Shown here: in pieces, positions 12,001 to 17,987 of the stretch | Layout: the number at the start of each line of letters is the position of its first letter | How positions within the stretch are numbered: position 1 is the stretch's first letter | DNA from: Myxococcota bacterium | Lineage (GTDB): Bacteria; Myxococcota_A; Polyangia; Nannocystales; Nannocystaceae | NCBI GenBank assembly: GCA_039028615.1 | Contig: JBCCHT010000026.1 | Location: 32,001 to 96,000, forward strand | Length of the DNA stretch: 64,000 bases | Reading direction: 5' to 3' | Translations under genes and position numbers: made by a program | Notes under the pieces: model-generated | What the model saw: only the letters and a program-made list of their open reading frames with translations | What the model was told of the DNA's origin: nothing | Databases searched by the model: none

Positions 12001-15000
12001 TCGGTGAGGAAGAGCAGGGTGAGAACCAGCCCAACGCGGGAGCCTCGCTGCTCAGCGAGGGCCTCGATGAGCCGGGCCCGTGGCTGCTGGCCAAGACGGT
12101 GGTGCGGGCAAACCCGCGGCTCCAGGCCGAGTTCACCGAACTCGAAGGTCGCCACGGCAAAGAGGGAGGCCTGCCCAACCGAGACATCTCCCCCTTGGTG
12201 TTCCTCGACTCGGCGCGTCGCGGGTACTTCAACTGTGCGCGTCGAGGCGAGGTCCTGTTCGCGTTCAGCAGCGTCGCGTCCGAGGAGGACTTCCCCGCGC
12301 TCGTCCGTGACTTCGTGACCTTCGCCCAGCGCAACGGCCTGGCGCCCAACTTCCTCTCCGTGCTCCCCATGGAGGAGGCGGGCGGCGTTCGGCTCAGCGC
12401 GACGCCCTTCGGTGTGGTCCAGCGGCTGCCGGAGCTCGCGTCCTTCGTGACGACCGGGAAGGCGAAGCGGCAGCTTCGCTACATGCTGCGGAACTTCACC
12501 CGCGATCGTACGTGCCGCACCGTCGAGTACCAGGTCGGGACCTCGACCGAGACGGATCGACAGATCGGCGAGATGATCGATCGCTGGTGCGAGACCAAGC
12601 GCATGATCAACCCCTACGTCCATCGGGTTCGAGAAGAACTGGTGGCGGGGCGCCTCGATGAGCGTCATCGGTTGTTCCTGACCTACGCCGATGACGCGCT
12701 GGCCAACGTGGTCATCTTGACCTCGATTCCCTCGGAGAACGGGTATCTCCTCGACCTCGAGTTCTACCCCGCGGAATTCCAAGGCGGCCTCGAGTTCGCC
12801 CTGGTGCGGCTATTCGAGCTGCTCCAGGAAGAGGGATGCACCATGTTCAGCTTTGGTGGGACGTTCGGGGTGAAGGCCACCGACTCGGCCAACGCCGATC
12901 CGCAAACCGAAGCGGACCTCGAGCAACTGCGGGAAGACGGGATCTTCGACGGGCGCGGCAACTACCAGTTCAAGAACAAGTTCCGCCCCGACAACGTGCC
13001 GATCTACCTGTGTCGACCGCTGGAGCCTGCGGCCACGCCCGTCGCGGAGATCATCCTGATGATTGCGTCACCCACCGTCGGCGCGACGAAGTCGACGGGG
13101 GAGTCGCCCGTGGCTCCCGTGTTGGGTGGCGAGGACGAGGCCGAGCGGCAGCGTCTGCTGGAGGACGTCGGTCACAACCCGCTGGTGCTCCCGGCGGCCG
13201 CGGTGCCCCTCGATCTGTCCACCGACTCGTGGGCGGAGATCGAGGAGGGTTTCGTGGCCGAGCGCATGAGCACCTTGCGGAGCCTGCCGCGGGGTGAGCA
13301 ACAGGCACCCCACCCCTTGCCCTTCCGGCACGTGTTCTCGGCCCCATCCGGTCGGGACGCCGAGGCGATGTTCTGCGGGGCGATGTCTCGTCGGCGCGGG
13401 GTCGTGCTCACCAACGGTCTGTTTCCCACGTGGTCGCTGAACCTCGTCGAGGCGGGCCTGGAACCCCACGTGCTGCGACCCAGCGAGACCAGTGGACGCT
13501 TCCGTGCGGACGTCGACCTCGAAGACTTGGTGGGTCAGCTCGCCACTCGACCCGGCGACATCGCCTTCGTTTGCCTGGAGCTGAGCAACAACGCGGGCGG
13601 CGGTCATCCGCTGTCCATCGCCAATCTCCGGGCCGTGCGTGAGCAGCTGGTGGTCCACGGTATTCCGCTAGTGCTCGATGCGACCCGCTTGCTCGAGAAC
13701 GCATACTTCGTGGCCGAGCACGAGACCGGTCGGGACAGCGATGACGTGTGGGCCGTGGCACGCGAGATGTTGGCGCTCGCGGACAGCATCACGCTGAGCC
13801 TGTCCAAGGATTTCGCCACCGACTACGGCGGGGTCGTGGCTACGCGGGATCCCAAGCTGGTGACGGCGCTGCACGAGCGTCGGGCCATGCGGGGTAACGA
13901 AGTCAACGCGAGCAACCGGCGACTGATCGAGGCAGCGCTGGCTCGTCCCGCCGAGGTCGCTCCGTTGGTACGAGCACGGATGGACGCGGTCGCGGGACTG
14001 TGGAGCGCGATGCGGGAGCGGGGCCTCCCCGTGCCGGAGCACACCGCGGGCCACTGCGTCGTGCTGGACGTCTCTGCGCTGCCGGCCTTCGCCTCGCTGC
14101 GCAATCCCCTGCCCGCGTTCGTGGCGGAGCTGTATCGCCAGGGAGGCGTTCGGGTGGCGCCGCACCTCGTCCCGGAGAGCTCGCCGATGTCGGGCCACGT
14201 ACGGTTCGCGGTGCCCGTGGGGATGCCGGCGGAGCGCCTCGACGCGGTGGCCGAGGTCGTGGCTCGGATCGCCGACCCCGACCATCGCCCGCTCGACCTC
14301 GAGCCGATGCAGACCGGCTCACCTGGGGCCTCGGTCGCCCGCTACCGCCCGGTCATCGAGGTGTCGCCGACGATCGTCAACGCACTCGAAGGCCGTCGTC
14401 AGACGCGGAACGAGAACGCCGAGGTGGTGGCCGAAATCTGCCCCGACGCGGAGCGTCGCATCGTGTCGCTGCCCGAGGGCCAGGTCGAGGTGTTCATGGT
14501 CGGTGATGGCCCGCCCGCGGTGCTGATGCACCCCTTCAACATCGGGGCAGGGATCTTCGCGGATCAGCTCGCGGGGCTCCGCGATGCCCATCGCGTCGTC
14601 GTGATCCACCACCCGGGAGTCGGAGCGACGACGGCGGCACCCGACCTGTCGCTGGACGGACTGGTCGCGCTGCTCCACGATGTGATCCGGGCGCTGGAGA
14701 TCGACGAGCCGCTGCATGTCGTGGGCGCGTCCGTCGGTGGCCTCGAAGCGCAGGCCTATGCCCTGCGGTACCCGGAACAGGTCGCCTCGCTCACGCTGCT
14801 GTGCAGCTCGTACCGGGTCGGCAATCGCAACGGCGTCATCAGCCCATTGGCAGACGTCGTCCGGGACGACTTCGCGGCGTTGGTGGCCGAGCGACCCGGG
14901 TTCCCGGAGCAACAGGACCGGCTCGCTCAGCGACTGTTCCGCTGCGAGAGCATGGCCCCTCAGATCGGGCTGCGTTATATCGACGAGTTCGAGATGGACC

Positions 15001-15272
15001 CGGGGCTGCTGGCACGCTTGCCTCAGCTGAAGTGCCCCACGCTCATCGTTCACGGGGGTCACGACACGGTGATCGACCGCACTACGGCCCGGGCCTTGTG
15101 GACGGCGATCGACGGCGCTCGTTGGGTGGAGCTGGAGCACGCGGGCCACTTCCCGAGCCTCACCGACCCTGCCGAGTGCAACGCACTGCTGCGGGAAGCG
15201 TTCGCGTCCGCGACTGAAGGCGACTCCGGCTCGGACTCCGATCCGGCGAAGGCCGAAGGAGGAGGACATTGA
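1..15272 (+). CDS. Trans-AT polyketide synthase, LnmJ-like, 5'-truncated by the window edge. Domains: [KS C-term]-ECH-ACP-KS-DH-KR-ACP-KS-DH-ACP-KS-ACP-ACP-DUF2156-PLP lyase(SH)-TE
   Basis: The frame is open from base 3 (IDFDAAG...ISAFGAGGSNVHLLLE, a KS C-terminus), so ATG 165 is not the start. ECH (GHASGGG, YGFTPGMGAT) ~880-1620. ACP GVDS ~1740-1975. Three full KS domains with DTACSSS/HGTGT/GH triads (~2283-3550, ~6552-7840, ~9570-10850). DH HxxxGxxxxP (~4075-4790, ~8395-9135). KR GGAGGIG/QANYAAAS. ACPs GVDSL, GFDSL, GLDSI. No AT (GHSxG) domain. Terminal DUF2156-like, tryptophanase-like (SLSKDF) and alpha/beta-hydrolase (GASVG) domains. Confidence 0.96.
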   Translation, partial: IDFDAAGIRVPGAAEPWIGGASGEPLRAGISAFGAGGSNVHLLLEAADEAPATSMPEQPVAFVLSARDQPGLRRYARDWLVWLSGQSESTSTSAAQLREHVARTLGVSADDLAGESIVDLGLDPATLQRLRADVDAEPRAPGNASVALTDIAHTLQVGRPAFEHRLAVVVRTLDELRRHLESFVAEQPASGTLAWWGEPTAPSNDALDPTSLEALAQRWQRGEPVSWPRVGEGGSSPRRINLPPYPFHGESYWYGRWKRGNEPGPLVAARPTPDQVSTMTIAEPTEKKVPDYHGDEVGLEVLESGIAVLMLQAEAHDNMFTSGLLQGLQWALAKVERDPRVRALVLSSRGPTFCMGGTPEALERLARKQGRFTDASIVYEGLLRCPVPVISAMRGHASGGGLMFGLYADIVVMSQDAVYGANFLKYGFTPGMGATYVLEKRVGSALASEMFLTGRGFGGRELERRGCNATFRTTDEVLPHALELARAVAAMPPSAVRVLKAELAGRWLRELPATIERELSMHERVLGDESLQQIERHLGREVGDVPPPAPRTPSPIPEAVVQSNAPTNVAVTKSVDVDALRRRVETTLVEILGKTLYLREDEIDHRRPFNELGVDSIGAVTIIRDLNDRYSMSLDSVLLYEHPTVERLASYVAEALADQQRSTDAVLRDAPAPIVEPQPLPAIEPEPEPVTTPPTSPRLLPLADLGVEAQSDWPVDPSPGRVALAPIEGRPPAGSHDPVQHDSSDRPEPEATKPATTGPRPIAVIGMSGRFPDAPDLDALWTNLAEGRSSVREIPRERWDVERYYDPDHRAPGKTLSKWGALLDDIDRFDARLFNISPMEAEVMDPQQRLFLEQAWASLEDAGYASSAGQTSCGVFVGCAAGDYADRLVDHDRLNTGEGFLGTAGSVLAARIGYVLDLTGPTVAIDTACSSSLVALHMACEAIRSRQCSMAIAGGVALMVTPHMHVRTSKLGILSRRGVCAPFDISADGTALGEGVGAVVLKDLEQAIADGDHIHAVVRGSGIGGDGRTNGLTAPNAQAQASLLRTTWERSGISPSDIDYIEAHGTGTELGDPIELKAIVEAMGEDASGDRPCGVGSFKSNVGHTTMAAGIGGLFRAVLAIKHGIVPPTAHFQSLNPKANLGGTRLCIDAVARPWNPGAVQERVATVSAFGFSGTNAHVVVSGAPPRRDGLSMAADQPVLVPVSGRTTEALRQRVADLAAALDYGHAAVDVAFSLAVGRSHLNHRVAFVARGEAELRRALSSWSRRADGESASAGSIAPPDERAIEVATARPEGESALRVLADAYEAGRDLDWSRVFAGRGGRRVPLPTYPFEDQRFWLSERTSVEPSTDAQTYATTHYRVAARDEWVADHRVAGRSLVPGAACIAWVASAIEASSFEIQGLRWLEPLVVDDVLEVALTTGTGQGGTGFRLETRGGTAHATGRVRSGTSSSPEPVRDLDHVFRRCSRMLDGADVYAAFVQSGLEYGPSYQGLEEVRLGTGEALGRIRLGRGSRIDGVGALDPRLLDVAWQAIAALTWDEARTSLVPFSVDSIVVFDVTAPVAYSHVRRIDASHFDVELLDATGQVSIRCEGMHLRAVAPPRRRSSYRPTWQPCPTPPEPTTTTTTNITVIHEDRDEPLVEAVRRAAGGSSVNAVSLWESSSALERALRDSEAILVVAGSSRPEGAGPAELGSAALRVTKALFSAGRRRAALALTFVVRNACALEGGERPQPRAATWIGLSRVITAEVSRWHVTCVDIGSEPADERLARALVDGPPHPLSAIRQGAWHRPAFSSIDLVPPQPGRGFERGGVYLIVGGAGGIGHAISRELATRYRATIAWVGRRPLDAAIEQQILEIEKLGGRALYQSADVSDADAFEAAVTRLEAQVGQFHGAIHCAAVFSDRSLIAMEEGDFRAVLAPKVAGAEVSSRVFSRRPLKFMVFFSSAASFVFAGGQANYAAASTFLDAHAASLDLPFPVSVVNWGYWGSVGAFADEDHRRRFEALGVEPLNPEVGMDALERIVAQRVPQVLVLDAPRERLASFGIDVVEPAAATPRSTMPAAAAVASSSSSVAAPAVLRYVREIFAEVLKYSVDELDPQSTFEAFGVDSLVGAKVVDRLAEDVGELPATFLFEHMTIASVADALSQTHGEPLARMLGAPEPKRADEVVARPSRRPAAVRAPVSVATDIAVVGVSGRYPRSPDIDALWRNLRDGVDCMSEIPADRWNWRDHFDGEEGRGIYSRWGGFLEDVEDFDPGFFGILPRDASEIDPQERLFLENSWHLLEQVGQGSRDTHVSRTGVFVGVMYGAYGQLAATHWPQGRFPGAHSAHWSIANRVSYTFDFQGPSYAVDTACSSSLTAVHLACQSILAGECEQAIAGGVNLILHPAHYAALCHRRMLARDPHCKVFDERADGYVPGEGVGAVMLKSLAQAEADGDTIWAVIKGSHVNAGGKTSGYTVPNPNAQAALIETALKRANVEPRTVSYIEAHGTGTALGDPIEVVGLSRALRDRGAMEACAIGSVKANLGHLEGAAGIVGLTKVLLQLKHRQLAPCVNLDNLNPRIDLDGAPVEPQRALADWPRASASTDDRGERVSPRRAGVSSFGAGGANVHVVLEEYVGTQGAADAPRSPVDGPLPFLLSARSERELDALVTRTAAWVEAADVSLESLVYTSQIGRREMPHRIAVLASSVSELGRRLRAVAEGDATVEGVVRGTSDHGVDRRSPLLAGEEGKAFAQLLMDRGDVSRVAQAWVEGLPTPWSRWWTDSHPPRAPLPGYPFARKRFWVDPVGMDSVAAPSPELPLRHELDIDPSDPIVLEHRVDGTAIVPGMAWLEIVRRNLPGVTADSSIEVEGLTWPTPMLGWSEGVMTLQPRDDGYDFSVESVVGDRVYARGYVRVVNHFDGRVELQRLQARMPGRIDSSDFYTRAREGGLDYGPTFQVIRDSWEGATEVLIRLETSGDAPLRGASLRPDLADGLVQGIIALEREGRSYLPTAVERIVARGPWPSRGWAHVVEVEAAAGTDARLNRRFDVTLVADDGQVMARLHGVTATLVMAKRVTKSDPSPIAAPPVATGSVEEHLEAALRGMARSFLLVEESDVDLDASLEELGFDSLSLVDLIDEINESYGLDLAPQVLFDCPTLRAVGRYLATNHADAVASSMPASVALEPTAAPVVAEVVLPQQPVRAEVSDVDEASTIAIVGAAAVLPGSATLDELWDHLVAGDDLVGPVPPARIELYEGLNGHKVWGGFVDDVDRFDAAFFRVSPREATLMDPQQRLFLEVAYRAVESSGHRVSSLAGTRTGLFVGVGTSDYGDLLRRYDVPIAAHCATGIAHSILANRVSFLLDLQGPSEAIDTACSSSLVAIHRAARAILDGECDVALAGGVNLTLSPGLFQAFTDSGMLSPQGRCKTFDANADGYVRGEGAGAIVIKTMAKARADGDDVLALIRGSAVGHGGRTQSLTAPSPAAQERVLVDAYLAADVDPSTVSYVEAHGTGTKLGDPVEVEALLRALRRLEQEHGGTRPAEASIGIGSVKTNIGHLEAAAGIAGVLKVVLAMRHRQLPPMLHYRRLNPHLKLEGSPLFVLDQLTPWAGRTDADGRLVHRAGVSSFGFGGTNAHVVLEGPPASERSSGTIPAEARFLPLSAPKANGLRDLAAAVLQMLEREPSLELSRLLFTYQFGRDAFDSRVVIATRDRDGLVAALVAVAAGNPLPGIVFQPGDQGAPHAAASWLVGEGSLDEGLWPSPRPTRIAAPGCPWNRTRFWFERPDPKTPDARPVPSNGQGKLRLVPARRGTPARASAVSSSAVAAKVPEGHSATGLREFIEGEVSTLLGVPRAELSHETPFVDLGLDSIFAMQLMRRIESTYGVELATSEIYDHDTIARLATFAAAQCEQESSPAEPIAASDQSVTDSSEIESAANADPTDPNAADGEFVEAQSLLLRRFESVLDRPVATDVPFSEQLSSFDMLRVIADLERRLGTLRKNLLFEYPTVPALTLHLVRDHGADRFGEEEQGENQPNAGASLLSEGLDEPGPWLLAKTVVRANPRLQAEFTELEGRHGKEGGLPNRDISPLVFLDSARRGYFNCARRGEVLFAFSSVASEEDFPALVRDFVTFAQRNGLAPNFLSVLPMEEAGGVRLSATPFGVVQRLPELASFVTTGKAKRQLRYMLRNFTRDRTCRTVEYQVGTSTETDRQIGEMIDRWCETKRMINPYVHRVREELVAGRLDERHRLFLTYADDALANVVILTSIPSENGYLLDLEFYPAEFQGGLEFALVRLFELLQEEGCTMFSFGGTFGVKATDSANADPQTEADLEQLREDGIFDGRGNYQFKNKFRPDNVPIYLCRPLEPAATPVAEIILMIASPTVGATKSTGESPVAPVLGGEDEAERQRLLEDVGHNPLVLPAAAVPLDLSTDSWAEIEEGFVAERMSTLRSLPRGEQQAPHPLPFRHVFSAPSGRDAEAMFCGAMSRRRGVVLTNGLFPTWSLNLVEAGLEPHVLRPSETSGRFRADVDLEDLVGQLATRPGDIAFVCLELSNNAGGGHPLSIANLRAVREQLVVHGIPLVLDATRLLENAYFVAEHETGRDSDDVWAVAREMLALADSITLSLSKDFATDYGGVVATRDPKLVTALHERRAMRGNEVNASNRRLIEAALARPAEVAPLVRARMDAVAGLWSAMRERGLPVPEHTAGHCVVLDVSALPAFASLRNPLPAFVAELYRQGGVRVAPHLVPESSPMSGHVRFAVPVGMPAERLDAVAEVVARIADPDHRPLDLEPMQTGSPGASVARYRPVIEVSPTIVNALEGRRQTRNENAEVVAEICPDAERRIVSLPEGQVEVFMVGDGPPAVLMHPFNIGAGIFADQLAGLRDAHRVVVIHHPGVGATTAAPDLSLDGLVALLHDVIRALEIDEPLHVVGASVGGLEAQAYALRYPEQVASLTLLCSSYRVGNRNGVISPLADVVRDDFAALVAERPGFPEQQDRLAQRLFRCESMAPQIGLRYIDEFEMDPGLLARLPQLKCPTLIVHGGHDTVIDRTTARALWTAIDGARWVELEHAGHFPSLTDPAECNALLREAFASATEGDSGSDSDPAKAEGGGH

Positions 15273-16222
15273 GCGCTAGGCTCGTCACGGGTCGGCTCGA
15301 TCGACTCGACGTCAGCACCGTCCATCGCCAGGTCGTGGTTCGGCCGGCGATGTGCGGCGCCCACTCGTTGTTCACGGGACAGGTCGGGGATTGGACCTGG
15401 GATGCGGTGGCGCAGGTCTGTGACGCCGACGTTCTCGCGGCACGGAACCCCGATGGCGACCCGACCTACCTGGCCTTCTACTACTACCACGTGCGGGGAG
15501 GGCCCCAGGCACACGTCGGAGGGCTGACCTTCGGAGACCACCTCGACGTGGTGTCCAAGGTCTACGGCTGCGGCGCGGAGTCGGTGCTCACCCTGCACAA
15601 GATCTCGGTGAATTCTCCGTCCGCGGGCCAGGACTTCACCTCGGCGGACTTCTTCGACTATCCCGATCCGTCGTGCATCTACGTCCAGAACTTCAACCGC
15701 TGGGTCTGTCGTAGCGCGCCGGGCAGCAACTCGGGCCTGAAGCGTTCTTCGCCCGAGGGCTTCATGCACGCTCACCTCCCGAGCCTCCCCGAGCGTCACT
15801 CTCCGCGTCGGGTCTACGGCCTTGCGAAGCGAGCCGGTCGCTTTCGGGGCCCCGGCCAGGCGCCGACCAAACCCGTGGCCCAGGTCGAGTTCCGATACGA
15901 GCTCGATGCATCGCGGGACGTCAATGGGGTGGGACTGATGTACTTCGCCTCGTACCACGCGATCATCGATCGCGGCATCTGGACGTTGTGGCGTCGACTG
16001 GGCCGGACCGACTCGTCGTTCGTGAGTCGCGTCGTGCTCGACCACAAGCTCTGTTATCTACGCAACGCCGAGCTGGGCTCTTCGTTGCAGCTGAGGGTGA
16101 GGCTGTCCTCACCGCCGGGCGATTCAGGCTCCGAGATCTACGACGTAGAGCTCTTCGAGGCCGAATCCCGAGAGGCGCTCGCCATCGCGAGCGTCGTGAT
16201 CGCGACTTCGGAGGTTTCATGA
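15269..16222 (+). CDS. LnmK-family bifunctional acyltransferase/decarboxylase (double hot-dog fold)
   Basis: Motifs PAMCG..SLF.GQVGDWTW, PTYLAFYY and RDVNGVGLMYFASY. TTG start overlaps the PKS stop and follows a GGAGGAGG RBS. Adjacent to ACP and HCS genes as in lnmKLM. Confidence 0.88.
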   Translation: MSARLVTGRLDRLDVSTVHRQVVVRPAMCGAHSLFTGQVGDWTWDAVAQVCDADVLAARNPDGDPTYLAFYYYHVRGGPQAHVGGLTFGDHLDVVSKVYGCGAESVLTLHKISVNSPSAGQDFTSADFFDYPDPSCIYVQNFNRWVCRSAPGSNSGLKRSSPEGFMHAHLPSLPERHSPRRVYGLAKRAGRFRGPGQAPTKPVAQVEFRYELDASRDVNGVGLMYFASYHAIIDRGIWTLWRRLGRTDSSFVSRVVLDHKLCYLRNAELGSSLQLRVRLSSPPGDSGSEIYDVELFEAESREALAIASVVIATSEVS

Positions 16223-16464
16223 CCCGACGAGATGTCATCGCCGCCCTGCATGAGGCGGTTGCCCTGGTCTTGCCCCACGTGGGCGCAGAAGAGATCCGAA
16301 TGGACCGTAACCTCGAGCAGCTCGGAGCGGACTCCGTAGACCGAATCGAGATCCTGGTGGGTATGACTCAGCGCCTGGGCGTTCAACGGCCGCTGTCCAG
16401 CTTCGCCACGGTGCCCGACATCGGGGCGCTCATCGACATGCTGGTCTCGGAGGCGGGCCGATGA
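16219..16464 (+). CDS. Beta-branching donor acyl carrier protein (LnmL-like)
   Basis: 81 aa from ATG 16219 (ATGA overlap with the upstream stop). LGADSVDR donor-ACP motif. Confidence 0.9.
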   Translation: MTRRDVIAALHEAVALVLPHVGAEEIRMDRNLEQLGADSVDRIEILVGMTQRLGVQRPLSSFATVPDIGALIDMLVSEAGR

Positions 16465-17705
16465 GCGCCTCGGAGCTCGGGATCGGCATCGAGGACCTCA
16501 ACGTCTACCTCGGCTGCCTCAAAGTACCCGTTCGCAGCTTCTTCCAGGCGCGCGGGCTCGACGAGCGTCGCTACGGCAACCTCCAGATGCAGGATCGTTC
16601 GATCGCACTGCCTCACGAGGACCCGGTGACCCACGCCGTGAATGCGGCCAAGCCCATCGTCGATGCGCTGGGCGACGCCGAGCGAGCCTCGATCGAGGTG
16701 TTGGTCACGGCTTCGGAGTCGGGCGTAGACATGAGCAAGTCCATCGCGTCTTATGTACATCGATACCTCGGGCTCTCGGGGCGGTGTCGCCTGCTCGAAG
16801 TGAAGCAAGCCTGCTTTGCCACGACGGGAGCGGTGCAGCTCGCTTCGGGCTACTTGGCATCGGGGATCTCGCCGGGAGCGAGGGCGTTGGTCATCGGTAC
16901 CGATGTGGCGATCGTCAACGAGCGAGCTCAGTACGCCGAGCCCACCATCGGCACGGGCGCAGCGGCGCTGCTGCTCGGCCCCCGGCCTCGGGTCTTTCAT
17001 CCCGATCACGGAGCGTTCGGCAATCACAGCTTCGAGACCATGGATTCGGCGCGCCCTCGGCCCGACTTCGAGATTGCGGATGTCGACGGCTCGCTATTCG
17101 CCTATCTCGACTGCCTGGACCGGAGCTTCGCCGCCTACGCGGATCGAGTCGAGGGCGTCGACTTCGAGCGGACCTTCGACTATCTCGCGTTTCACACCCC
17201 CTTCGTCGGACTGGTCAAGGCCGCGCACCGCAAGATGATGCGGAGCACGGGAGCCGACCCGGGGCAGGTGGCGGCCGATTACGAGCGCCGGGTCGCGCCT
17301 TCGCTCGTCTACCCGGGGCAGGTGGGCAACCTTTGTTCCGCGTCGGTGTACCTCGCACTCGCGAGCATCATCGACAGCGGGAACTTCGACGAGGGAACCC
17401 GCGTGGGCCTGTTCTCCTACGGCTCGGGGTGTTCCTCGGAGTTCTTCAGCGGTCGTATCGACATGGAGTCCAAGCGCACGCTGGCAAAGCACCGCATCGC
17501 CCAGCGCCTGGCCGATCGCATCGAGATTACTTTTGAGCAGTACGAGCGCCTACTCGAGGAGAACATGAAGTGCCTCGTACCCGTGGCGGACCGGGTCCTC
17601 GAGACCGCGCCCTACGACGCGTTGCTGGATCGGATCCCGGACCGGGATCCGATGTTGGTCCTGAAGAGGATTCGCCACTTCCACCGCGAGTACGACTGGG
17701 TCTGA
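16461..17705 (+). CDS. HMG-CoA synthase-like beta-branching enzyme (LnmM/PksG-like)
   Basis: EDPVT.AVNAA, SESGVD (catalytic Glu), EVKQAC (catalytic Cys), FHTPF (His), FSYGSGCSSEFFS. Confidence 0.95.
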   Translation: MSASELGIGIEDLNVYLGCLKVPVRSFFQARGLDERRYGNLQMQDRSIALPHEDPVTHAVNAAKPIVDALGDAERASIEVLVTASESGVDMSKSIASYVHRYLGLSGRCRLLEVKQACFATTGAVQLASGYLASGISPGARALVIGTDVAIVNERAQYAEPTIGTGAAALLLGPRPRVFHPDHGAFGNHSFETMDSARPRPDFEIADVDGSLFAYLDCLDRSFAAYADRVEGVDFERTFDYLAFHTPFVGLVKAAHRKMMRSTGADPGQVAADYERRVAPSLVYPGQVGNLCSASVYLALASIIDSGNFDEGTRVGLFSYGSGCSSEFFSGRIDMESKRTLAKHRIAQRLADRIEITFEQYERLLEENMKCLVPVADRVLETAPYDALLDRIPDRDPMLVLKRIRHFHREYDWV

Positions 17706-17726
17706 GCCCAGGGAAACGAGTTCACC

Positions 17727-17987
17727 ATGCAGCCCAACAACTCTCTCGATGGCCACATCCTGTCCGTTCTTCGCCAGTCCTTGCGCACCGTCCTCCCCGA
17801 CCTGAGCGAAGAGCAGCTCGTGCTCGACCGAGACCTCGCCGAGCTCGGGTTCAACAGCCTCGATCGTGCCGACGTCATCACGATGACCATGGAGGCGCTT
17901 GGGGTCGAAGTGCCGGTGGTGCAGTTCCTCGGGGTGAAGACCATCCGAGAGCTGACCCAGCTATTCGCTCGGCAGTCCCGTCGATGA
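17727..17987 (+). CDS. Second donor acyl carrier protein (AcpK-like)
   Basis: 86 aa with LGFNSLDRADVI, an AcpK-type (G.NS.DR) signature. Confidence 0.88.
   Translation: MQPNNSLDGHILSVLRQSLRTVLPDLSEEQLVLDRDLAELGFNSLDRADVITMTMEALGVEVPVVQFLGVKTIRELTQLFARQSRR

Noticed and set aside
390..15269. Many long antisense and alternate-frame ORFs over the PKS (e.g. 390-2429, 6591-8033, 8505-9857)
   Set aside because: Shadow ORFs expected in high-GC DNA; Arg/Pro-rich or mirror-frame, with no motifs.
15988..16218. Extended N-terminus of the ACP ORF (158 aa version)
   Set aside because: Overlaps the LnmK-like gene; ATG 16219 with an ATGA overlap gives a normal-sized ACP.
17570..17983. Extended N-terminus of the KS0 ORF (552 aa version)
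   Set aside because: Overlaps the HCS and ACP genes; KS homology begins at ATG 17984.
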